Assembly (NCBI RefSeq): GCF_006345805.1
Contig: NC_043005.1
Location: forward strand, 18,290,001 to 18,354,000
Length of the DNA: 64,000 bases
Source of the DNA: Octopus sinensis
Lineage: Eukaryota
Direction of reading: 5' to 3'
Both the position numbers and the translations under genes were made by a program. Positions within the stretch are counted from its first letter, which is position 1, and each line of letters starts with the position of its first letter. Of the stretch, positions 50,536-64,000 are shown piece by piece. The notes beneath the pieces are model-generated. The model worked only from the letters and a program-made list of their open reading frames with translations, did no database searches and was not told the origin of the DNA.

Positions 50536-50899
50536 GCGAATGTGTGAGCATATATAATTCGCACATTAATAAATTGGATAAAACAATAAAATCAACAATG
50601 TAACTCGATAGAAAGAGAAACGAGATACAAACTCACGGAACTTGGAAACCATGTTCGGTCACACTAATGGACAATAACAAGGGCAATTTCAACAAGAATA
50701 TAAAGTTCTTTCTATTTTTGACACAAGGCCAGTAATTTTAAAGCAAGACTAAGCCAATGACCCCGATCCCGGTATTCGACTAGTACTTATTATATCGAAT
50801 ACGAAAGTTCGATAAAGAACTTGAAAGGATACCGCTCAGCATTTAATGGTATTAATCTCAAATTTTAGCACAAAGCCAGTAATTCCTGAGTAGGGTACA

Positions 50900-51065
50900 A
50901 GCTGATTCCATCGACCGCACTGCTCAACCGGTACTTATTTTATCGACCCCGAAAGGATGAAAGGTAAAGTCGACCTTGGCGGCATTTGAACTCAGAATGT
51001 AAAGACGGACGAAATACCGCTTAGAATTTCGTCCAGCCGGCTAGCGATTCTGCCAGCTTACCGCC
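50900..51065 (-). mobile_element. SINE family A, degenerate (further fragment at ~50710-50800)
   Basis: Matches the family A head and body. Confidence 0.75.
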
Positions 51066-51529
51066 ATCTTTGAGCATTTAATAATACTGATACTACTAAT
51101 ATACAAACATATATATATCGATGCATCATTTAAAACATTAGTTTAGATTTTTATTTCTTCAATATATTTTTCCGGATTTTTAATAACAGATTCTATAATG
51201 TAATACAATTACATTAAACTTGATTCAATCTTGTCTTAACACATGAAAGTAAATGTTACCCTTCCCCAGATTATGGCTTTCTTTGGCACATGTGGTTTTT
51301 GTCTATAATGAAATTTATGCTATCTAATGACGAAATGTAATCTCTTTATAATAATTTAATTATCGTATCAACGACTAATGCTTTACTTTGAAAGAAAAAT
51401 GATTGCGACTGCTTGTCTTCATAATATCATCTGCGAAATATACACCCCTTCAATAGAATCTGCTGTACTTTCCGTATAGACATTGCATTGTTTGATCTGC
51501 GTTCCAGCCATGATTTCAAATACATTCTA

Positions 51530-52040
51530 AGACAGTGAGCTGGCAGAAACGTTAGCACGCCGGGCGAAATGCTTAGCGGTATTTCGTCTGCCGTTACGTT
51601 CTGAGTTCAAATTCCGCCGAGGTCGACTTTGCTTTCCATTCTTTCGGAGTCGATTAAATAAGTACCAGTTACGCACTGGGGTCGATATAATCGACTTAAT
51701 CCGTTTGTCTGTCCTTGTTTGTCCCTTCTGTGTTTAGCCCCTTGTGTGTAGTAAAGAAAAAGGTATTTCGTCTGCCGCTAAACACAGAGGGGTCAAACAA
51801 GGACAGAAAACAGATTAAATCGATTACATCGACGCCAGTGCGTAACTGGTATATATTAATCGACCCCGAAAGAATGAAAGGCAAAGTCGACTTCGGCGGA
51901 ATTTGAACTCAGAACGTAGAGGCAGACGAAATACCGCTAAGCATTTCTATCGGCGTGCTGTTTCTTATTTATTTATTGCCCACAAGGGGCTAAACAGAGA
52001 GGAGACCAACAAGGACAGACAAAGGGATTAAGTATTACAT
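51530..52040. mobile_element. SINE family A with fold-back inverted duplication
   Basis: Arms ~51554-51738 and 51777-51959; a 38-nt loop contains the AAAGAAAAA|GGTATTTCGTCTGCC junction. Confidence 0.85.
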
Positions 52041-52462
52041 CAGTTTTAAAATGTCGAGCAATCTTCAGCCACATATAGAAATTTTTAATTAAATGAACAA
52101 TGAGCATTTTTTTACTTATTTCATTTGCCAACATTACAAAGAGGGTAGATATATAGACACAGAGGTTAATTTCATCATTAAGAACATGGTATTAGAATGT
52201 CATTCTCCATCTGTAGATTTTTTAATAAGTATAAAAATGTACATTGTCCATTTAATTCAAAAATTCTGTATGTGGCTGAAGATTGCTCGACATTTTAAAA
52301 CTGATGTTTATTGGCCTCTTATGGTTTTTATAATTATATGTTATATAATACGTAATATTGTGTTATATTATATTCATAGTATTTAATGAAATATTTTAAT
52401 ATAAATAAATTATTAGATTGTCAATAGTATATCTCTATATTTAATTTATTTGTATATATACG

Positions 52463-52532
<70 letters not shown>

Positions 52533-52576
52533 AATGTATATATATCTATCTATCTACCCCTCTATCTCTCTCTCTA

Positions 52577-52650
<74 letters not shown>

Positions 52651-52882
52651 ATCAGTATATGAAAATGTGCTTACTTGCACCTCTAAGGGTTTTAACTCCT
52701 ATCTCTAGCAATGTAGCACCCTCAGTCAAAATTAGTGACAATTGAATTTTTCCTTTTTGGTTTTATATTGCGTATAACAACCGTCGTTATTATACATAAT
52801 ACATACATACATATATGTATATATATATATATATTTATTTCATATATATACACACACACACACGCACACACACGCACACACA

Positions 52883-52930
<48 letters not shown>

Positions 52931-53126
52931 GTGACCTCATGAGTACCACCGGCGATTTTTTTCCTCACTCTTCCCTTCTCGGGATCTTTCCTTCTCCCAC
53001 GTTTCCGACGAAGAGCTCCGCTCGAAACGTTAAACCCTCCTTCTTCCCATCTTTCCTGAGCGTCCAATAATACTTTATTTGTTCCACGTCCTTGCGTTGC
53101 TGTTTTTTTTGTTATCTTGTTTGGAT

Positions 53127-53130
<4 letters not shown>
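52931..53130 (+). mobile_element. (TA)n-flanked short element with HHR-like motif
   Basis: Homologous to 2651-2866; TA tracts on both sides. Confidence 0.7.
53001..53035 (+). ncRNA. Minimal type I hammerhead-like motif, CCGACGA core variant
   Basis: GTTT-CCGACGA-A-GAGC-TCC-GCTC-GAAA-CG-TT-AAAC. Confidence 0.55.
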
Positions 53131-53177
<47 letters not shown>

Positions 53178-53181
<4 letters not shown>

Positions 53182-53260
53182 CTTTGATAGGCTTCGGCCA
53201 GTATAGGCCCAGGCCATGTCTAATTTAATAGCACGACGTAATGAAGTCTCTTAGTCATAT
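53178..53260 (-). mobile_element. Short 3'-end fragment related to the 26-kb LINE
   Basis: CCAGGCCATGTCTAA(C/T)TTAATAG shared with ~26195-26217. Confidence 0.55.
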
Positions 53261-54329
53261 ATGAGGCATCATAGCCCAGTCTAGCCAAGGAAAATAAAAC
53301 ATGGTAGAAAATGCTAAAATAATTTTATCAAGAAGAACATTTTAGTACCGGTTCCAGTTTTGCTACGTTTTCAACTCAGAGTAAAGCATGAAAAACAATT
53401 AAATTGTGGAAAAATTAAATGAAATGCTTTTTTAAAAAATATATCCCATAGTTTTCAAATGCAAAGGACATTTTTTTTATTTTCTGTCTGTCTCTCTTTT
53501 TTACTCTTGTAAAGGCTTGGTAGTAGGTATTTGTGTGTGTGTGTGTGTGTGTTCATGTGTGTGTGTGTGTGTGCGTATATTTGTCTGTGTGTGTGTGTGT
53601 ATGAGTGTGTGTGTATGCCGGTAGATAGATAGAGATAGACAGAAAGATTATCTTACATATGGCTAGAAACCTAGAGCAAGCCTTGGTGTTATAATTGATC
53701 CCGTTTTGAGCGCCTTTGAATCAAACATTCTGCATCATGCTTTCGTATTTCTTATAGTCCCTTAATGCTCTCTATTGCCGCTGGTTAAATATTCCCGGAA
53801 GCAATAAATGTACTACAAAGCATCTAAATGACCTTCTAGTATAATCTCATATCCAGCCTTGCATATTTTAGTGGGATTGGGTGGGGTTAAATAGCGTCGG
53901 ATGGATTGTCCTTGCTGTGTAGATGTCCTGCCTTGGCACAAGGAATCCTATTAATTATACTCGATAATTACGTAATTACGTTAATAGAATAATTATCTGA
54001 GCAACACTAAACCGCTTACACATATAATTCAAGTACAATGAATAGTTTTGTCGGTCAAATAATAACAAAACACATCGTCGTCGACGTCGACGGAGGATCG
54101 GTCGTTCTTTTTTTTTTATTTCTTTTTCTTACATTTAAATTTATGGAAAAACAGCGTTTATTATACAAAGCGTGGTTAGAGTGGAGCAGAACGATAAACA
54201 CTGATGAATATTTAAACAGTCGACATATTAGCTGAGTGTTTATAGAAACGGTAGGAAAACACTCTTAAGCTATGGTGTGACGTCTTTTTTTTTTTGGAAG
54301 ATGTTAGATTATTAATGACGTCGTCAACA

Positions 54330-55554
54330 GCAACAACAACAACAACAACAGCAGCAGCAACAACTGTAACAACGACAAGAATACAAATGCTAGAAATAAT
54401 AGCGATAACGATATTGGCGATGACAAATGGTATTAAAGTTACTGCTGTTCGTACTACTGATGGGGGTTGGTAGTATGGTGATATTGGTAAGGATGATGAT
54501 GGTGATGATGATGATGATGACGATCATCATCATCATCATCATCATCCCCATAGTGGTGTGTTGGTGATAGTAGCAAGTGATGATGATGGTATGGTAGTGG
54601 TGATGGTGGTGATAGTGTCGGCGGTGGCGATGGTGGTGGTGGGGGTGGTGGCGGCGGTGGCGTTGATAGCGTTGGTGGTGGTGGTGGTGCTGGTGCTGGT
54701 GGTGGCGGTGATAGTGGTGATGTGGTGGTGGTATTGGTTGTGGTTTCGTGGTGGAAGTAGCGGTAGTGGTGATGTTAATGATGATGATAGTGGTGTTTTG
54801 GTGAAGGTGGCAGCGATGATAGTGGTGGTGGTAGTGGTGATAGTGGTGGTGATGATAGTGGTGGTAGTAGTGGTGATGTTGGTGATGGTAGTAGTGGTGA
54901 TAGTGGTGGTGATGATAGTGGTGGTAGTAGTGGTGATGTTGGTGATGGTAGTAGTGGTGATAGTGGTGGTGATGATAGTGGTGGTAGTAGTGGTGATGTT
55001 GGTGATGGTAGTAGTGGTGATGTTGGTGATGGTAGTAGTGGTGACAGTGGTGGTTGTCTTGGAGGTGGAGCTACTAATGCGGCTAACGGTGGTCATGGCG
55101 GCAGTCGTGGTAGCCATAGTGGTGTTAATCGTAGTTTTGGTGGTGTTGGCGGTGGTGCTGGTGATTGTGATGTTGATTGTGATGGTGGTTTGGTGGTGGT
55201 TTGGTGGTGGTAGGGGTGGTGGTAGTGGTGGTGGTGGTAACGATAATAGTAATCATGTCTTTCTGGGATTTATTGACAGGCTTTGGTTGGTTTGATTAAT
55301 AGTTGTACTTGATGGGGGGGGGGGGGGGGGAAAGCGAAAAATAAATAAATAAATAAATAAATAAATGCGACAAAAATAAAATATAAATAAAAATATAATA
55401 GTTCAAGAAATATAAAAAATTGAAAAACAAAAAAAAAACCAAAAAAAAAACCGAAAAACAAGAAACACATGCGACTACTCAAACTGAAGAGGCGGACAGA
55501 TTCTTGACAGCAAAAATGCATAAATAATAAACAAGAAAGTAAGTAAAGATAATG

Positions 55555-55652
<98 letters not shown>

Positions 55653-55895
55653 AATATTGTCAATAATAATACCAACAAGAAGCAACAAACAAGATCATCA
55701 ACAATAACAACTACAACACTGACGATGATGATGGTGATAATAATAATGATAATAATAATAATGATAATAAAAGTAATAATGATAATAAAGATGATAATAA
55801 TAATAATAGCAACAACAGCACCAAACAGCAACAAAAAACATCACCAACAAAAACAGCAACAATAACAACAATAATGATGATGGTGGTGTTGGTGG

Positions 55896-55936
<41 letters not shown>

Positions 55937-56035
55937 TTGATGATGATGATGAGGTTGATGATGATGACGACAACAACAACAAAAGCAACAAGAACAACAG
56001 CAACAACAAAAACAACAACAACAACCATAATCAGA
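54330..56035. repeat. Complex trinucleotide repeat field (GGT/GAT/AAT/CAA) with three perfect 60-bp units at 54839-55020
   Basis: Lines starting 54841, 54901 and 54961 are identical. Confidence 0.92.
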
Positions 56036-56526
56036 ATAATAACTTTTGCATTTCTATTGGTCTGAAATGCACAAGACGTTAGCAACAGTACATATGAAAC
56101 ACATAAGTGAAAAAAACACATAAAAAACACTAGATTTATCTGGAGCGAATGTGTAAAATCAACAATTTATATAAAAACATATCAATAAGTAATAATAAAC
56201 AGCACTAGAGATTTAGGGAGTAAGAAATCGTAGAAAGAATTTGTAAACTGGAGCATGTAACTTCGAATGATCCAAAGTAGAACACCTGTATCCCCGGATT
56301 AGCTTGCGGTTTTAATAGAAAAGTTTCTTCTCTCGTACCTTGCCACCAGCCTACAACCACGCGGTTAATGGAGTCTCATTTAACCACACCAGTTTCAATA
56401 TTCTAACCTATCAAGGTCGATAAATTAAGTACTAGTTGAGTACTAGGGTTGATTTGATTGAGTGGCCCCATCCCCCAAAATGTTGGGCCTTGTGCCTAAA
56501 GTAGAAAAGAATATTCTAACCTATCG

Positions 56527-56738
56527 GGGCGGCGAGCTGGCAGAATCGTTAGCACGCCGAGCGAAATGCTTAGCAGTATTTCATCTGCAGTTACGTTCTG
56601 AATTCAAATTCCGCCTAGGTCGACTTTGCCTTTCATCCTTTCAGGTTCGATTAAATAAGTACCAGTTGGGTACTGGGGTCGATGAAATCGACTTAATCCC
56701 TTTGTCTGTTCTTGTTTGTCCCTTGTAATAAAGAAATA
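56527..56738 (+). mobile_element. SINE family A with 16-bp TSD
   Basis: AATATTCTAACCTATC at 56510-56525 and 56739-56754. Confidence 0.9.
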
Positions 56739-58699
56739 AATATTCTAACCTATCTTTCGTAAAATTTACAAGACAGCCTCATTTCTTGAATTTACTCTTG
56801 GGAGAGAAAATATGTTACCTAAAGATATTGAAGATGCAAAGCTTTTGTCCTTAAACCGTTCAACCGCGCCCACAATGCAACTTCCATCACCGTATCAACA
56901 AGACGGAGAACGACAATTCATTCATTTTCGAAAGAAAGGCAGAGGTTTGATGGTTGTTATAGGGTCAGCAGAAAACGACAGTTTAGCCCTTACAAATAGC
57001 AGCTGTTCAACATAAAACCACAAACAAACAACTCATGAACATTGAAACTGTAGGGTTTATCGCCCTGTCTGTATTTCAGACAGATTCGACTTTGGTGACA
57101 CTATAGTGCCTGTTTTTTTTTTTTTTTTAGTTTACCCTGAGCAGTTACAATTACTCAGCTGCAATATCAGGCCAAGGATTTTGAAAATTATTCATAATCT
57201 CCTATTTGAACGTACTTCTAGGAGTGACTACTCAGACTGTTCTGAGAACCTCTCTCTGGCTTTAGTTGTTCGATTATTTCCCTAACATACTATAGAATAC
57301 CAAGAATGACTTTTCACTGATCACAGAGAAATTCTGAAAGCTTTCAGGGAGAGACTGGTGATACAAATGATGCTAAAAACCTAACGTCAGCGAGCGCATA
57401 TTTCAGGACTGCAACTTGGTCAAATAGACATGTTGTAGAAGGACATGTAGCTTTTTATCATCGTTGTCGCCCATGCATTTCTGTATGTGTGTCAACCGCA
57501 ATTCGTGATCTGTATAAATAGCCGTAGCACTTCTAGACACCGTTTTGGTGTTCCTTGTTAACTACCATATCGCTGTTAGCCTGAGGTTTCTCTTCTACGA
57601 AAAACGAAAAGGGTATACATTCCAATGCAGAAAAGATTGTTCTGGTCGAAACTCATTTTCAAGATGACTCTGAGTAAAGTTATTGTTAACATCATCCAAG
57701 AGATTCTGAGGAAATGGAAAGTGACATAAATTTCTAGTTTTTCCATTAACTTTAGCAGAAACGGCAACGTTCACCGTTGTTTGCACCCGACAGACAAATA
57801 ACTTAGCTAAATTTCAAGAGATTTCTGCTTTGAAGATGAAGAAATGGTAAAGAGTAACCATGATACTCTTGGTAGCAGCAACTTTGAAAGCAATAAAGAA
57901 GTTCTAACCGGTTTGTTTTAGCGAGAAATGTAACAGCAACATCATTCCGCTAAGAATAATAACGAAATCCTCACCTTCACCAACGCCATATCAATACCAT
58001 CTTCATCATCAGTGACATCACTACTACTACTGCCATCAATAACAGCAACAATAACAAAAACAACGTGCCAAGTACAACTGCAAGAACACCAGCCACAAAA
58101 AGTATTTAGACAGACAACAATAATTTCGATTTCGTTATTTTTAAAGAAAAAAAAAACGCTTCCCAGCTCTATCTCGGGGGAGACTGGGCTGTAAAAACAT
58201 TGGCCAAGGACAAGGAAGAACAACGGCTGGGGTGAGGGAGAAAAATTCCTAAAAATAGCAACGAAATAAACACCACGATTATCATCACCATCATAAACTT
58301 GCAAAACCGGCAGCAAGCAATGTCACCAATGCAACAACTGACACCCAAAACGTTTACTCTTACCTACCATTATGTCGATCAGTATTATGCTCCTCCTCCT
58401 AATTCTCATTCTCTCCTCCTTCGCAAACACTACCACCACTAAAACATTTTCGCGTCTTTCATAACTACCTCGACTGCCACTCTCTCGTTCAATGTGTTCT
58501 CCAGAACCACCAACGACACTTCCATCAGCAAGTCTCGTAAAGGCCAGCGCTTTTGCAATGGAGGCAAAAATAATTCAGCAATTTCTTTCTAGTAGAAGAA
58601 CCAACATTACTAATTCATCCAAAATATTGCCCAGTGACACCATAAGAGAAGCTCATTTATTCTGGTTACAAAGCATTTGCTTGAAAAAGACAGGAATGA

Positions 58700-59980
58700 T
58701 TAGTTATTGCTGATGTGATCCAACATCTGAAGTCTGGTTTGGTACTGTGAATAGACAGACTATTACGTAAAGGAGTCGAGTACCATGGAGTGGGGTTGCC
58801 GAGACTATTCGAAAGAAATACGTAGGATGATAGGAACACAGATTAACCTAGGCAGGTCAGTGTATTTGCAGGGATACGTGTATGTTTTAGAAAGAATCGT
58901 GGAGCGCTGAAACGAAAACTTTTTAGAAATACTTGGGATCTTTCTCAGCCTGAAACAACTCGATGGAAAACGATTTTGTTTAGGGTCACTACTTACTCTG
59001 AGAAAAGGGCTCTGAGGATACTATCCTTGAAAGGTGAGACAGAAGTGTTGATGCGTCTATTGTTTAGTTATATTTAAGCGCCTAATCTCCCTTTCATTTT
59101 TCATCTGACCATATTAGAACGTCGGCTCTTTTGCGCTCTGTGGATTTCATGCTCATTGCTCTTAAACGATTTGCATGGAAGGTGTGTTATGGCTTAGTTG
59201 ATGTTGCGCAAAAATGCGTGGAAGGTATGCTATATACAGAGATTCGTATATACCGAACATATTTTGTTCCCCTTTTCGGACACCTTTTTTTTTACAGCAG
59301 GTCTCATTGAAGGAAAAGCGGTCCTGAATAAAATTAAGAACCAGATTGGACTCCTGGCATCTGGAATGTGTTCAGACATCAAATACTGTAAATGGTCGGT
59401 TAATGCGCCCAGTGAAACTTTCATTTTAGCAGTTTATAGATGATCAGTGGTGAATGAGGACAACGATATATTCTAGAGAAAATACTGGTTGTTGATGAGA
59501 ATCAGTAGTTTGGTCCGCTTTGCTCAGTATCTACGGATTACTAAAAGCAATTCCTAGCTTAGTAATGCTAATGTAGGTACTGTTTGCTGGAAATAATCTT
59601 TACCTGTCCGAGATGCATCCCAATAGATGAAAGCTTCCTGTGCACTCTTTCGTTTGCGCATTACTAACATGAACATTTTTGTCGAATAGCTTGTGTTGTA
59701 TATGAGACAGATTTATTTGCCGTTCGAAATCATCATGAAGTCACCTCAGCCCCTTCCTTCTATCAAGAAGGCCTGGCAGTTGTTCTGTTCGATTGTTAAG
59801 TCAAATGAGTCTGTGTAGTGGACAAAACTGAAAAATTCAAGTCAGCTACTTTCCTTGGGAGCCAAGCCCCAAGCAAAGTTTTCAGGTTACATTGAAATCG
59901 GAGGTAGCAAAGGATTGGTGTAGGTAATGACGATGCCCTGAATAAACGAACCCGTTATCAACATGAATCTGAAGGGCCGT
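58700..59980 (+). mobile_element. Highly decayed L1/Tx1-type ORF2 3' part
   Basis: EVWFG, CPRCIPIDES and ATFLGSQA...FRLH resemble Tx1 C-terminal motifs; many stops. Confidence 0.5.
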
Positions 59981-60449
59981 TACAGATACAACATAGACAT
60001 ATACCTTAATTTTTATCTCAGTCAATTTCAATGTAAGCCACACCCAGTTTCATATTTTTCCCCCTTAAATCGTGGAACAATATAAGCTAAGGTATACGAG
60101 ATGAGAGTTCAAACTCCGTCAAATCTAACTTTGTTTTTCATTCTTTCAGTTTGGATAAATTAACGTACTATTAAAGTACTACGATCGATTTAATCGACTA
60201 ACCTGCCCTCTTGACATATCAGGTCTTGGAACTCTGGCAGATTCTTAGTGCGGCGGACAGAATGGCCTGCTGCATGTCTTATGCATTTATGTTCTGAGTT
60301 CAAATCCCTCTAACTTTGCCTTTCATCATTTCGAGTCGATAAGTATCAGATGAGCACTGCAGTCGGTGGGATTAACAATTCTCTTCCCAAAGATTTCAAA
60401 CTTTGTCCCTGTGAAACTACAGATAATGCAAAAGTCATACACACACAAC

Positions 60450-60492
<43 letters not shown>

Positions 60493-60941
60493 TCACACAA
60501 ACACACTCACAAAAATATTATATATATATATTATATATATATATATACATACATATATATGCATACACATACACATATATATATATGTAGAGAGAGAGAG
60601 AGCGCGAGAGAGAGAGCAATAAGAAAATGGAGGAGGTCAATAGGTGGTATTCCTCAACTTTTAGACATTATATTATGTCAATATCTTTATTTACTAAAAT
60701 GACAATTGTTACAATATACATACATGCATAACATGTTATGCTTTACATATATAATATATAAAATATAAAAACATCAGTAATTAGTAAAATATATAACATA
60801 TAGCAATAGAAATTGGGATAATATCTTACAAACATTTGTGTATTGATAATTGGGTATTCTACCAGCAGTATATTGGATATATATTATCCCTTAGTTGGTT
60901 GGATTAACAGCCTTTAACTTTCTAGGAATTATATATAGAAA

Positions 60942-61006
<65 letters not shown>

Positions 61007-61017
61007 TATATATATTA

Positions 61018-61065
<48 letters not shown>

Positions 61066-61146
61066 TATATATATATATATATTTATATTATATATATATA
61101 ATATATATGTTCGTGAGCCTCTCTCTCTATATATATGTTCAAAAGC

Positions 61147-61215
<69 letters not shown>

Positions 61216-61899
61216 CTAACGAAACATACAATATATACAAACACATGTTTTCGCTAAGACTAGACAGACAGAAAATATCTGAAAGTTTTTTTCTCCATAT
61301 ATACACTGCTATTATACACCCTATTATTATTCTTTTGTATTCGCTTTCAGAGTATTATTTTGGTAGATTCTGGTTGTGATTTTGGACTGGCATCGCAATT
61401 AAAGACTTTTCTCTTTATTCCCAATGCGTCTCACTCTCCGTTGATTTTACTTTTTTCATCCATTCTTACTGTGTACACTCTTGTCAAGTACTGTCCACGA
61501 AAGATATTTGACACACATTGCTCTATCACAATATTCAGTATTTCTATTTACTGTTTAGTTACATATTTTAAAGAATTCCGTTTTGTGTTTCTCCATTCTC
61601 TTCGCCATTGTGTGTTACTCCAGCCTTTTGTTTACTTTTGTTAGCTTTCTTGCAGTCAGAAAATGATTTTTATTTGTTTTAGTATGTTTTGTAGCTAATT
61701 GTATAAAGTTACCTTTATTATTTACCATACATTTTTGTATTTCTATTAGTAAATATAGTAAATATTTAATAAAGATTTTCTAGCCGCAGAATTTTTATGC
61801 TCCACCTACGTACTTAAGGTAAATATAATTATGCTGTTTGAGATTTTAGATTGTGCCATCTAAATACAGTAATTGTTTTTTACTTTGTTTTCCTGTCTA

Positions 61900-62637
61900 A
61901 CCTTGCTAATTCACTTGTCATCCAGTTGGGAATATTACAACTAAAATGTGTCCCAGAATAGCTAGAGAAATGATAGCTACGAATTCATTAAAAAATATAT
62001 CGGTTTTAATCATTCATCGAATGCGTCAAAAATATTCCCTCCTAGCTTATATTTGTTTTACGCTGTCTGATTTACTAATTCTAAAAAGTCTTGTTTTCTC
62101 TCTTCAGCATTTCTTTGGCACATGTTGCAAATTGAATCTCATATGAAATCCTCTAGTTTATGTATGTTCTGTCTGTATTATAGTATTTCTACCTGTTAAC
62201 CATCTGCAGCCTACACCTTTAGGCCAATTACGTACAAAATGTAGTAGATTATCCTCATGCACCCCATATATTCGAACGCTGGCGGGTTTCCCATAAAGGT
62301 TGAATATGTTAACGCCTGGTACAAAATAAAAGGCAGGGAGAAAGCTGTCTTTTTGGAATATCCTTCCTACAATAATCGGCTTCGTTTTTAGAGTTCACCC
62401 GTTTTATGTATTACTACAAAATAAATTATTCTTTACTCTTTACTCTTTTACTTGTTTCAGTCATTTGACTGCGGCCATGCTGAAGCACCGCCTTTTTTAG
62501 TCGAGCAAATAGACCCCAGGACTTATTCTTTGTAAGCCTAGTACTTATTCTATCGGTCTCTTTTTGCCGAACCGCTAACGGGGACGTAAACACACCAACA
62601 TCTGTTGTCAAGCGATGATGGGGGGACAAACAAACAA

Positions 62638-62690
<53 letters not shown>

Positions 62691-63130
62691 CGATAGGCTT
62701 CTTTCAGTTTCCGTCAACCAAATCCACTCACAAGGCTTTGGTCGGCCCGATGCTATAGTAGAAGACACTTGACCAAGGTCTGAACCCGGAACCGCGTGGT
62801 TGGTAAGCAAACTACCTACCACACATCCACTCCTGCGCCTAATACAAATTGTTACTTTTACTTTACAATATGTTTAACACCCTGCTTATTACTGCAAAAG
62901 CCTTCAAGAACCATGTATGTGGATTCTTTTAAACAACTTCCGGTAGTCACCCATGGAAAACTCGTACGCATCGATTTACTGCTACGTTGTTCTCTCTCTC
63001 ATGACTTTACTGAGAAATTATTGATCTTCGCAGTCATACAAACCATTGTGACATCCTTTGTGTTCTCCCTGAAACAGCTTTATTATTTCGTAGCTAATAA
63101 TTTAACTCTGTGATATTATTGCTAAATCTT
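61900..63130 (-). mobile_element. Highly decayed R4/Dong-type RT, split by a SINE
   Basis: EHKGCHNGLYDCEDQ, DYRK..PHTWFLK, RIFQKDSFLP and TCAKEMLKR across frames. Confidence 0.6.
62429..62840 (-). mobile_element. SINE family B
   Basis: Full match to family B with a small internal deletion. Confidence 0.88.
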
Positions 63131-64000
63131 TATCATATTATTGTTAAATCTTTAGAATATACAGACAAATAGATTATGAAGCTGTGTTTTGATTTGCTGT
63201 GTTTTTCTGACAATCATCATACTAGCCTCGATGAGTCGTCCAAAAGTTTCGATTACAACGACATCCGATCGTTATTTCGGTCAGTTATTAAATATTTCGC
63301 ATACACATTTATCTATGCTAGGGAAATATTTCATTCAGAGGTTTTCAAATTACAGAAGTATCAATTATAGTCAGTTTAAAGAAAAGCACTGCTCAATCTC
63401 AAGGCACTTACAACTGCACTTCGTTATGTAATCAACGCACGTAATACTAATAATCGAACGTAAATAACTATAACGTCTCGTTTGGCTTCGTATAAAGTAG
63501 ACAGCCTGGTGGAGCAGATGGTTTGGAACCAAATATAGTGAGGATGATAAAAGATAATGTACATTATTTAAAAGGTTGGGCATAGATGGGAGCAAAACTA
63601 TGAGTGTGTGTGTATGGGGAGGGTATCCAGAAGGAAAATGAATACCTTAGGATAGTAAAAAAACAACATTTAAAATTTATTTCAGCCGCAGGAAAATTGT
63701 GTATAACATCAAGATATTAATAGCGCCAGCTATGATATGTGTATTTGTGGTACTGGACTGGGGAGTAACAAATACAGACCCTATAGAATATTAAACAAGA
63801 GACCCGTTAAATACAACACATGTTACAAAGTATGTGTACCATCTAAATGACTCGACATCCGTCCCTGAAAGAGAGGAAGTTAGGAACTATTGTCAAGAAG
63901 GCAATCATTAATGTTGTCTAGCTTTGACAAAGGTATGATTATGATTAGGTAACAAATAGGTTGTATCAGCAGCAGCAACATTCTCACACGACATTGAACA

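Noticed and set aside
54542-55295. Thr-rich mucin-like ORF (minus) and Val-rich ORF (plus)
   Set aside because: Both are by-products of a stop-poor GGT/GAT repeat field; there are no flanking domains or credible splice context.
57360-58690. Low-complexity region resembling a decayed host coding sequence
   Set aside because: Stops in all frames and no motif I can recognise.

Overview
AT-rich, microsatellite-dense animal genomic DNA, most likely a coleoid cephalopod (Octopus-like; inferred from the SINE sequences and repeat composition, not from a database search). No intact host gene is visible. The window is a mosaic of decayed transposons (mariner, Tc1, Merlin, Helitron, CR1/L2-type, R4/Dong-type and L1/Tx1-type LINEs), many tRNA-headed SINEs and simple repeats. 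The main unexplained signal is a set of non-coding elements, mostly bounded by (TA)n, that carry hammerhead-ribozyme (HHR) motifs. I count about 16 complete or near-complete motifs plus 2 partial ones, in about 8 apparent families. The centrepiece is a ~3 kb array of ~480-bp units (39028-41981). Each unit has a minimal type I HHR, and the array flips orientation in the middle to form a ~1.16-kb-arm palindrome. Other families show compensatory changes at the core C3-G8 pair (U3-A8, A3-U8), and one may be a type II permutation. Together they resemble a Penelope-like/retrozyme system. Fold-back inverted duplications recur in many unrelated element types. All ribozyme calls are hand-folded; activity is untested.
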